DNA of 64,000 nucleotides from Dehalococcoidia bacterium. GTDB taxonomy: Bacteria > Chloroflexota > Dehalococcoidia > UBA2979. Made by a program: the position numbers and the translations under genes. Shown here one piece after another: positions 49,911-57,797 of the stretch (position 1 is the stretch's first letter; each line of letters starts with the position of its first letter). A model generated the notes under the pieces. It made no database searches and was not told the DNA's origin. It saw only the letters and a list, made by a program, of their open reading frames with translations. Where the stretch lies: positions 92,494-156,493 of the forward strand of contig JAWLHV010000005.1 of assembly GCA_041690175.1 (NCBI GenBank). Direction: 5' to 3'.

Positions 49911-51587
49911 ATGGCATCCGCCATACGCCTGGGCATCGTCGGCCTGGTGCTGGTTGCGCTGTGGTCGTGGGTGGGGCCGTCCCAGTTGGGCGGTCCGCTC
50001 ACCTTCGCGGTGACGTCCGGCATCAGCATGGAACCGGACCTGAGCGCCGGTGACCTTGTCCTCGTGCGGCGCACCGCGAACATCGAGCGCGGCCAGGTGA
50101 TCCTCTACCGCGGCGACCACGCCGGGCACGACGTACTGCACCGCGTCATTGCCATCACGGACGGTGCGTACACCACCAAGGGCGACAACAACGCCTGGGT
50201 AGATCAGGACCGCCCCACTGCCGCCCAGGTCCGGGGCGTCTACTGGGGCCACATACCGGGCGCGGGCAAATGGCTCAGCGTCCTTCAGTCGCCGGTCGGC
50301 GGAGCCGCCATCGGTGGACTGCTACTGGGAGTCCTCGCCATGTCCATGACCCCATCCGCCTCCACACCCGCAGCGGCGCCGTCGTCCGGGCCGCGAGCCC
50401 GCTACCGGGGGCCCCAAGGCCGGACCCCCAGCCTCCGCACCCGCGCCGCGGCCTTCGCTGAGTCGGCGATGGCAGACGCGGCGATGGGCACGGCCCTGGC
50501 GCTCATCGCAGTGGGCGTGCTGCTGGCCGCCTGGATGCTGATGCAGCCAGCCCGGACGACCATCACCGTGGCCACCTCGTACGCGCACTCCGCCGACTGG
50601 GAGTACCAGGGGCGCACCGGGTGGGAGGGCGTCCTTCCGGACTACGGCTCCGCGCCGAATCCGCTGACGCAACAGCCCACCACCGGTCAGCCGATCTTTC
50701 CGAGCGTCACACCGCTCCTTGATGCCACGATGAACTATCGGATGACTGGAGCGCTGCAGGACGTCTCCGGCCAGGCCCGCCTCTTCGTGATCCTCCGGGA
50801 GGACGTGACCGGCTGGTCGCAGGAGTTCGAACTGGAACCCTGGACGTCTTTCACGGGGAACACGGTCAGCCTGACTTCAGAGGTGGACCTGCGCGAGGCG
50901 ATCCAGGCGCTCTCCCAGTTCGAACAGTCCGCCCAGATCAATGGTGCCCTCTACCGCGCGGTCCTCGCCGCGGAGGTGCGGGTGGCCGGGACTGACGACC
51001 GAGGCGCGCAGGTGACGGACGAGTACCGACCGTTCCTGGTCTTTCGCACCGAACTTCCTCGGCTGGTGCGCGTGGACCATGGTGGCACCGTCTCCCCGGA
51101 GGCCATGGCCGCGGGCATCGACCCGCTGGGGGACCTGGTCCGTGACGTGACCCCTCGTGAACTCGTGAGCCACGCGGAGGTCGACCGGAAGGTCTCCGTG
51201 CTGGCCTGGGATGTGCCGGTGTGGGGGCTCCGCGTGGTTGCCGTAGCGCTGGCCGTGGTCGGGCTCGCCGGGGCGTTCACGCTCCACCGCCTGCGGCGCT
51301 GGGCGGACGAGCGCGGCGAGTGGTTCCGCATCCGCGCGCGGTTTGGCAGCCACCTGGCCTTCAGCCCGCAGCCCCCACGCGACCCGGCGGGGCGGGAGTA
51401 CCTGGACCTCCGCTCGTTCGAGGACATCCTGGCGATGGCGGCGACGCATATGCAGCCGATCCTGTGCGTGGAAGAGTCGCAGCGCGTGACCTTCTTCGTA
51501 CTGGACCTGCCGAACGCCATCTATCGCTTCCAACTGCCCATCCCCGCACACGGACCGGGACACCATGTTGCGACTCAGACGGCCTAA
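49911..51587 (+). CDS. SipW/ER-type (S26B) signal peptidase I fused to ~400-aa multi-TM C-terminal extension
   Basis: The N-terminal TM is followed by VTSGISMEPDL (Ser box), DVLHRVIAI (His box) and TKGDNNAWVD (box E). Further hydrophobic helices follow (AIGGLLLGVLAMSM, GTALALIAVGVLLAAWMLM, VWGLRVVAVALAVVGLAGAF) with a large extracytoplasmic region between them. Confidence 0.75.
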   Translation: MASAIRLGIVGLVLVALWSWVGPSQLGGPLTFAVTSGISMEPDLSAGDLVLVRRTANIERGQVILYRGDHAGHDVLHRVIAITDGAYTTKGDNNAWVDQDRPTAAQVRGVYWGHIPGAGKWLSVLQSPVGGAAIGGLLLGVLAMSMTPSASTPAAAPSSGPRARYRGPQGRTPSLRTRAAAFAESAMADAAMGTALALIAVGVLLAAWMLMQPARTTITVATSYAHSADWEYQGRTGWEGVLPDYGSAPNPLTQQPTTGQPIFPSVTPLLDATMNYRMTGALQDVSGQARLFVILREDVTGWSQEFELEPWTSFTGNTVSLTSEVDLREAIQALSQFEQSAQINGALYRAVLAAEVRVAGTDDRGAQVTDEYRPFLVFRTELPRLVRVDHGGTVSPEAMAAGIDPLGDLVRDVTPRELVSHAEVDRKVSVLAWDVPVWGLRVVAVALAVVGLAGAFTLHRLRRWADERGEWFRIRARFGSHLAFSPQPPRDPAGREYLDLRSFEDILAMAATHMQPILCVEESQRVTFFVLDLPNAIYRFQLPIPAHGPGHHVATQTA

Positions 51588-51972
51588 CCCCTGGGTGTTG
51601 GCGGTTGCCGTGGTGCTGGCCGCGCTGGCCATGGGGCTGATCCATGGCTCCACGGCGGCCAACTCTGTCCCGCCGTCGCGGGCGGGGATCTCGGTCGTGC
51701 AGACGGCGCCGTACCAGTTTGCGCCCCACGCCTGCGGCGGGCTCAACCTGTCGGGCATCATCTACGCGACGGGCGGCCGTACCCGGGGCACCGCCCAGAA
51801 TGACCTCATCATCGGCACCAGCGGCAACGACCGTCTCGATGGAGAGGAAGGCGACGACTGCCTGGTGGCCGGCGGCGGGAAGAACGACCGGCTGGACGGC
51901 GGGCCCGGCTACGACGTGTGCGTGGGGAACGCCGACACGCAGTTCACCAACTGCGAGGTCGAAGTGCGCTAG
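51565..51972 (+). CDS. small exported protein with SipW-cognate-like signal and RTX-like Ca-binding repeats
   Basis: Overlaps the peptidase gene by 23 nt. The helix WVLAVAVVLAALAMGLIHG is followed by STAANSVPPSRAGI. Tandem nonapeptide-like repeats follow (GTSGNDRLD, GGGKNDRLD, GGPGYDVCV). Confidence 0.6.
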   Translation: MLRLRRPNPWVLAVAVVLAALAMGLIHGSTAANSVPPSRAGISVVQTAPYQFAPHACGGLNLSGIIYATGGRTRGTAQNDLIIGTSGNDRLDGEEGDDCLVAGGGKNDRLDGGPGYDVCVGNADTQFTNCEVEVR

Positions 51973-52093
51973 TGCCGGGGAGGGGCGCACTCCGCCCGTG
52001 GGGACGGGGCGCAGCGTCAGCCTCCCTTGACCTCTGGCACACACGGCGGCCTCGCCGTTTCGGTACACTCGACCGACCCCACCTACCGCGAGG

Positions 52094-53098
52094 ATGCCCA
52101 TGGCCCAGCCTGCGGACTTCGGCACGGACGTTCCCTCCGCCGTCCAGCGTCAGCATGCGGAGGTAGATGCGATCCGCCGCGAGGTGGGGCGCGTCATCGT
52201 GGGACAGCAGGCCCTGGTGGACCGGCTGCTGGTGGCGCTGCTGACCAACAACCACGCGCTGGTGGAAGGCGTCCCTGGCCTGGCCAAGACGCTCACCGTG
52301 TCCACGCTCGCCGCGGCGCTGGAATGCACGTTCGCGCGCATCCAGTTCACGCCGGACCTGCTGCCGGCGGACGTGACGGGCACGCTGATCTTCAACCCCC
52401 AGGAGAGTGACTTCCGCGTCCGCCGCGGGCCGATCTTCGCCAACATCGTGCTGGCGGATGAGATCAACCGTGCGCCTGCGAAGGTGCAGTCCGCGCTGCT
52501 GGAGGCCATGCAGGAGCGCCAGGTGTCCATCGGCGGGCAGTCGTTGCCGCTGCCGGATCCGTTCCTGGTGCTGGCCACGCAGAACCCCATTGAGCAGGAG
52601 GGCACCTACCCCCTGCCCGAGGCCCAACTCGACCGCTTCATGATGAAGATCGTGGTGGACTACCCGGAGCGGGACGAGGAGCGTGAGATCCTGGCGCGCG
52701 CCCTGGCCGATGAGACGGACGGCGCCCGCCCCGCGGTCTCCATCATGGAGGTGGCCAACCTCCGCGCGGCGGTCCGCCAGGTGGACGTGAACGACCGCCT
52801 GCGCGAGTACGTGGTGCGCCTGGTGGAGGCGAGCCGCAATCCCGAGCGCTATCGCATGGGGGACCTGGCTCCGCTGATCGAGTACGGCGCGTCACCTCGT
52901 GCGGGCGTCTTCCTCGCCCGCGGCGCGCAGGCATACGCCTTCATCAACGGCCGCGACTACGTGACGCCGGAGGACATCAAGGCCATTGCCCCGGACGTGC
53001 TCCGCCATCGCCTGGTCCTGACCTACGAGGCGGAAGCGCGCGGCGTCTCCGCGGACCAGGTGGTCACGACGCTCCTCGAGGGCGTCGGGATTCCCTAG
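52094..53098 (+). CDS. MoxR-family AAA+ ATPase
   Basis: Walker A EGVPGLAKT, Walker B IVLADEINRA, and the MoxR sensor region [23 protein letters not shown]. Confidence 0.9.
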   Translation: MPMAQPADFGTDVPSAVQRQHAEVDAIRREVGRVIVGQQALVDRLLVALLTNNHALVEGVPGLAKTLTVSTLAAALECTFARIQFTPDLLPADVTGTLIFNPQESDFRVRRGPIFANIVLADEINRAPAKVQSALLEAMQERQVSIGGQSLPLPDPFLVLATQNPIEQEGTYPLPEAQLDRFMMKIVVDYPERDEEREILARALADETDGARPAVSIMEVANLRAAVRQVDVNDRLREYVVRLVEASRNPERYRMGDLAPLIEYGASPRAGVFLARGAQAYAFINGRDYVTPEDIKAIAPDVLRHRLVLTYEAEARGVSADQVVTTLLEGVGIP

Positions 53099-53108
53099 GG
53101 CCACCGCC

Positions 53109-54029
53109 GTGCCCTCCCGTCCCACCAGCGCCCCGCACGAGCCGCTTGCCCTGTCCGCGGGCCTCCTCGGCCGGGTGCGTGGCATCGAGATCCGCACGCG
53201 GCGGTTCGTCTCCTCGCAGGTGTCCGGCAACTACCGCTCGGTCTTCCGCGGTGCCGGGATCGAGTTCGCGGAAGCGCGCGAGTACGTCCCGGGCGACGAC
53301 GTGCGCCGCATCGACTGGAACGTCACCGCGCGCACCGGCACGCCCTGGGTGAAGGAGTACGTGGAGGAGCGCGACCTGACCGTGGTCTGCGCCGTGGACC
53401 GTTCGCCCTCCATGCTCGCAGCGAGGCCGGACGCGGGCCGCCTGCGGGCGTCGGCGGAACTGGTGGCGCTGCTGGGCTTCGCCGCCTCCTACAACAACGA
53501 CCGCACGGGGCTGCTGACGTTCAGCGACGGCGTGGACGCGTTCGTGGAGCCACGTCGAGGTACGCGCCACGTCCTGCGCCAGGTGCGTGACGTGCTGCAT
53601 GCAGACCTCGCACCGCGCCGCAGCACGGCGATGGCCCCGGCGCTGGAGCACCTGGCGCGCATGCTGCGGAAGCGGTCGCTGGTCTTCGTGGTCTCGGACT
53701 TCTTCACCAGCGGCTACGCCCAGGCGCTGCAGACGCTGGCGCGCCGGCATGACGTGGTGGCGCTGGTGCTGGTGGATCCCCTGGACCTGGAACTGCCGGA
53801 CGTGGGCCTGCTGGACGTGGTGGACGCGGAGACCGGCCGCCGCCTGCTGGTGGACACATCGGACGCCGGAGTGCGTCGTCGCTACGCCGAGGCCGCCGCC
53901 GCCCGCGCCACCGCACGGGACGCGCGCATCACCGGCGCGGGCGCGGACCAGGTGGAGATCCGCGTGGACCAGGACGTGGCGGAGCCCATGGCCGCCTTCT
54001 TCCGGCGTCGCGCGCTGGTCGCCCGATGA
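53109..54029 (+). CDS. DUF58 (vWA-like) protein partner of MoxR
   Basis: RRIDWNVTARTGTPWVKEY...VVCAVDRSPSM is the DUF58 signature. Confidence 0.85.
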   Translation: MPSRPTSAPHEPLALSAGLLGRVRGIEIRTRRFVSSQVSGNYRSVFRGAGIEFAEAREYVPGDDVRRIDWNVTARTGTPWVKEYVEERDLTVVCAVDRSPSMLAARPDAGRLRASAELVALLGFAASYNNDRTGLLTFSDGVDAFVEPRRGTRHVLRQVRDVLHADLAPRRSTAMAPALEHLARMLRKRSLVFVVSDFFTSGYAQALQTLARRHDVVALVLVDPLDLELPDVGLLDVVDAETGRRLLVDTSDAGVRRRYAEAAAARATARDARITGAGADQVEIRVDQDVAEPMAAFFRRRALVAR

Positions 54030-55021
54030 TCGCGGACCGGCGGATCGCCAGGGCTCTCAGGCTCGCTTGCGTGCCGATGCTCCTCGCGGTCGCGTTCACC
54101 CTCCCCGTGCCCGCCGGAGCGCAGGAGGCCGACCCCGCGCTGGAGGTCACGGCCTCGTTCTCGCCGCCAGCGGCCACGCTGGGCGACCGGGTCACGCTGG
54201 ACGTGCGCGTGCGGCACACCTCGGAGGTGGTGGTCACGGTCGAGCGCCCCGCCATCGAGGGCGCGGAGGTGCTGGGCGATGCGCAGCCCGTGACGGTGGT
54301 GCAGCCGGACGGCGCGGTGGTGACGTCCTACTCGTTCCGGTACCAGTTGTTCGTGCTCGGCGAGGTGGACGCGGGCCAACTGCGGGTGCGCTGGCTGCGC
54401 GAGGACGGCAGCACCGGCGGCTACGTCACGGCGGGGCCCATCCTGACGGTCGTCTCCGTGCGCGCTCCCGGAGACGTGGAACTGCGGCCATTGAAGCCCC
54501 CGCTCGCGGTGGCCGGCGCGCCTCCCGCGTGGGTGCGTCCCGCCGCCATCGCAGGGGCTGTGGCGCCGGTCGCGGTGGCGCTCGTGGCCGCGGTGGTGCT
54601 GTGGCGGCGGCGTCGGCGGCAACCGGAGGTGGAGGCGGAGCCGCACACGGCGGAGGAGCGCGCGCGAGAGCGGTTGGACGCTCTGCGCCGCCGACGGCTG
54701 GAGGACGACGAGGCGTTCCAGGCGTACTACGGGGCGATCGCGGTGTCCGTGCGGGACTACCTGGGCGACCGCTTCCACTTCAACGCGGCCGCGCTCACCA
54801 CGTCAGAACTCGAGCGGCGGATGACGGCTCACGGTGTGGACCGCTGGCAGGCGCGCCTGGTCGGGGGGCTGCTGGACCGCTGTGACCGCGCCGTCTACGC
54901 GCGCGACTACCCGGACCCCGCGTCCGCAGACCATGACCTGACCGTCGCCTACGAGATCGTGGAGCTGTCGCGACCGCGACAGCCCGAGCGCGCGGAGGCA
55001 GAAGCGGTGGCGGCGCCGTGA
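54026..55021 (+). CDS. signal-anchored membrane protein of Bat-like operon (BatD/DUF4381-like position)
   Basis: Signal peptide, a ~150-aa extracytoplasmic beta-rich domain, one TM (AIAGAVAPVAVALVAAVVLW), and a basic cytoplasmic helical domain. It is translationally coupled on both sides. Confidence 0.5.
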   Translation: MIADRRIARALRLACVPMLLAVAFTLPVPAGAQEADPALEVTASFSPPAATLGDRVTLDVRVRHTSEVVVTVERPAIEGAEVLGDAQPVTVVQPDGAVVTSYSFRYQLFVLGEVDAGQLRVRWLREDGSTGGYVTAGPILTVVSVRAPGDVELRPLKPPLAVAGAPPAWVRPAAIAGAVAPVAVALVAAVVLWRRRRRQPEVEAEPHTAEERARERLDALRRRRLEDDEAFQAYYGAIAVSVRDYLGDRFHFNAAALTTSELERRMTAHGVDRWQARLVGGLLDRCDRAVYARDYPDPASADHDLTVAYEIVELSRPRQPERAEAEAVAAP

Positions 55022-55974
55022 TCCTGGGGGAGGGCGTGACGCTGGCCGCGCCAGCGGCGCTGCTCCTGCTGGTGCCCCTGGCGCTGCTGTTCCTGGTGCG
55101 CGTCCGCTCACCTCGGCCCGCCGCGGCCGTCGCGGACATGGGGCCGCTTGCTGCGGCTGCGCGCACCACGTTGCGGATGCGGCTGCGCCGGCTCCCGGAC
55201 GTGCTGCGTGCGCTGGCCATCGTGGCGCTGGTGGTGTCCCTCGCCCGCCCGCGCGAGGGGCTGGCCGTGACCTCGCTCCCGGAGGAGGGCATCGACATCG
55301 TCGCTGCGGTGGACGTCTCGTCCTCCATGCGCAGCGGCTTTGACGGCCGCGAGTCGCGGCTGGAGGCGGCGCGTCGGGTGCTGGAGGAATTCGCCGGGAC
55401 GCTGGAGGGCGACCGCCTGGGCCTGGTGGCCTTCCAGTCGCGTGCGCTGACGCTCTCCCCGCTCACCAACGACATCCCGGCGATCCAGGCGCGCATCGAC
55501 CAGTTGGCGCCGGGGTTGGTGATGGACGGCACCGCCATTGGCCTCGGCATGGTGGAGGCGCTCACGCTGCTGGAGGACTCGCCCGCGCGCAGCCGCGTGG
55601 TGGTGCTGCTGACGGACGGCGCGAACAACGCCGGGGACGTCACGCCCGCGGACGCCTCGCGCATTGCGCAGGCGCTGGGCGTGCGCGTCTACACCATCGG
55701 CATCGTGCCACGGGTGGGGTTCGCCCTGGACCCCATCGACCGGCGGGCAATGGCGGAACTGGCGGAAGTCACCGGCGGGTCATTCTTCGACGCCGGAACG
55801 CCCGAGGAACTGAGCGCCGCCTACGAGGAGATCGGGACGCTGGAGCGCTCCCGGATCGGCGAGCGCGAGTTCGTCGCCTTCCGGGAGTTCGGCCCGTTGT
55901 TCGCACTGGGGGCGGCAACGCTCTTGCTGCTGGACCTCTCGCTCAGGGCGACGTGGCTGCGGAGGCAGCCGTGA
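55018..55974 (+). CDS. vWA-domain membrane protein (BatA-like)
   Basis: Two N-terminal TMs and a MIDAS motif DVSSSM...LTDGANN. Confidence 0.8.
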   Translation: MILGEGVTLAAPAALLLLVPLALLFLVRVRSPRPAAAVADMGPLAAAARTTLRMRLRRLPDVLRALAIVALVVSLARPREGLAVTSLPEEGIDIVAAVDVSSSMRSGFDGRESRLEAARRVLEEFAGTLEGDRLGLVAFQSRALTLSPLTNDIPAIQARIDQLAPGLVMDGTAIGLGMVEALTLLEDSPARSRVVVLLTDGANNAGDVTPADASRIAQALGVRVYTIGIVPRVGFALDPIDRRAMAELAEVTGGSFFDAGTPEELSAAYEEIGTLERSRIGEREFVAFREFGPLFALGAATLLLLDLSLRATWLRRQP

Positions 55975-57797
55975 TCCCCGGCGTGAGCGGGACGGGAGCG
56001 TGGGGAGAACCGCTGGCGCTGTCAGCGCTGGTGTTGCCGCTGCTGGCGCTGCTCGCGCTCCGCTATGCGCTGGCGCGTCGTCGCCACGTGGCTGCGGCCC
56101 TCGGTGGACCGCCCGGCCTGCGGGGTGGCCGCGAGGGGCGGCGCGTGGTGACGGGCGCGCTGCTGGTGGCGGCGCTGGCGCTGGCGGTGCTCGCGGCCGC
56201 GCGGCCGCAGTGGGGCGCCGGCGACCAGGCCCTGGAGCAGCGCGGCATCGACCTCGTGATCGCCCTCGACGTCTCGCGCTCGATGGAGGCCCAGGACGTG
56301 GCGCCCAGCCGCGCGGAAGCGTCGGCGGCGGGCCTCGCGGAGATGCTCACGCACCTCACCGGCAACCGGGTGGGCCTGGTGGTCTTCGCGGGCTCCGCCT
56401 TCGAACGCGCGCCGCTCACGGTGGACCTGCCGGTGCTGTCCTCCATGGTGGCTCGCGCCCAGGGGGAGGCGCCCCTCGTGCAGCCCGGCACGGACCTGGC
56501 CGCGGCAATCCAGGCGGCGCTCCGCGTGCTGGACGTGGACGAACCGGCGCGCACACAGGCCATCCTGCTGGTCTCGGATGGGGAGGATCTGCGGCCGTCG
56601 CTGGCGGAGGCGCTGGCCGCCGCGGACGAGCGCGGCGTGCGCGTCTACACCGTGTTCGCGGGCACCACCTCGCCCGCGCCGCTGCCCGCCCCGGGAGGCG
56701 GCACCCGCCCGGACGACCTCAGCACCGCTCGCCCGGAGGTGCTGCAGGAGGTCGCCAGCGCCACCGGTGGCGCCTTCCGCAGCGTGGAGCAGGTGGCGGG
56801 CCTGGCGGTGGAGTTCCGCCGGCTCCAGCAGACGCAGTTCGCCTCTGACGTGCGGCCCGCCCTGGTGGATCGCTTCCCGTGGTTCGCCGGCGGCGCGCTC
56901 GCCCTCCTGGCGCTGGCCATGCTGGTGGGCGAGGGCGGTCGGCCGCCTCGTCCGAGGCTGCGGGGCGGCGTCATCACGGCGTCGCTGGTGGCGGTGGTCC
57001 TCGCGGGCTGTGGGACGGCGGCGTGGCGACACGTGGAGGACGGTAACCGCGCCTACGAGGAGCAGCGTTACGAGGACGCGCTGACGTCCTACCGCCAGGC
57101 GGCCGAGGCGGACGCGGACGACCCGGCGGTGGACTTCAACATCGCGAACGCCCTTCACCGGTTGCGCCGGCTGGAGGAGGCGGCCGTGTCCGCGCAAGCC
57201 GCCGTGCAGGGCGCGCTGGACCGCGAGGATCTCCCGCTGGCCGCGCTGGCGCACTACACCAGCGGCAACACCGCGTTCCAGCGGGAAGAGTGGGAGGGCG
57301 CCCGCGACGCCTACATCGCCGCGCTGCGCCTGGACCCCGAGGACCGGGACGCCAAGGCCAACCTGGAACTCGTGCTCGCCATCCTCGCTCCACCGCCGGA
57401 CGAACCCCCGGCAGGCGGCGAGCAGGAGGGCGAGGACGGCGACCCCGCCGATCCGGGCGACCAGGAAGGCGCCGAGGGCGGCGAGGGTGAAGGCGAAGGC
57501 GACGGCCAGCAGGGTCAGCCCGGACAGCAGCCCGGCGAACCGGGCCAGGGCGAGGGCTCCCCGGATGGGACGCCCGGCGATCCACAGCAGGGGCCGGCCC
57601 AGCCGGGCCAGGGACAGGACGGTGAACCGCTCCCCTCCAGCCTCCCGGAGGCGCGCCAGGCGCTGGCCGAGGCACTGGGAGCGCTGGGCCCGGAGGTCAC
57701 GGAGGCGGAGGCGCTGCGGATCCTGGAACTCGCCCGCCGCGCGAACGAACTGGAGCCGCTACCGGACGATCGCGGAGGTGGGCCCACGGCGCGCTAG
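55953..57797 (+). CDS. vWA-TPR fusion protein (BatB/BatC-like) with acidic Gly/Glu/Pro-rich tail
   Basis: MIDAS motif DVSRSM...VSDGED. TPR repeats (YEEQRYEDALTSYRQAAE...; GNTAFQREEWEGARDAYIAAL). The C-terminus is a low-complexity GEGEGDGQQGQPGQQPGEPGQGEG stretch. Confidence 0.8.
   Translation: MAAEAAVIPGVSGTGAWGEPLALSALVLPLLALLALRYALARRRHVAAALGGPPGLRGGREGRRVVTGALLVAALALAVLAAARPQWGAGDQALEQRGIDLVIALDVSRSMEAQDVAPSRAEASAAGLAEMLTHLTGNRVGLVVFAGSAFERAPLTVDLPVLSSMVARAQGEAPLVQPGTDLAAAIQAALRVLDVDEPARTQAILLVSDGEDLRPSLAEALAAADERGVRVYTVFAGTTSPAPLPAPGGGTRPDDLSTARPEVLQEVASATGGAFRSVEQVAGLAVEFRRLQQTQFASDVRPALVDRFPWFAGGALALLALAMLVGEGGRPPRPRLRGGVITASLVAVVLAGCGTAAWRHVEDGNRAYEEQRYEDALTSYRQAAEADADDPAVDFNIANALHRLRRLEEAAVSAQAAVQGALDREDLPLAALAHYTSGNTAFQREEWEGARDAYIAALRLDPEDRDAKANLELVLAILAPPPDEPPAGGEQEGEDGDPADPGDQEGAEGGEGEGEGDGQQGQPGQQPGEPGQGEGSPDGTPGDPQQGPAQPGQGQDGEPLPSSLPEARQALAEALGALGPEVTEAEALRILELARRANELEPLPDDRGGGPTAR

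Noticed and set aside
57410-57640. Gly/Glu/Pro/Gln-rich repetitive stretch as a DNA repeat element
   Set aside because: It lies inside the vWA-TPR ORF and encodes an acidic low-complexity tail. It is not a nucleotide-level tandem repeat.
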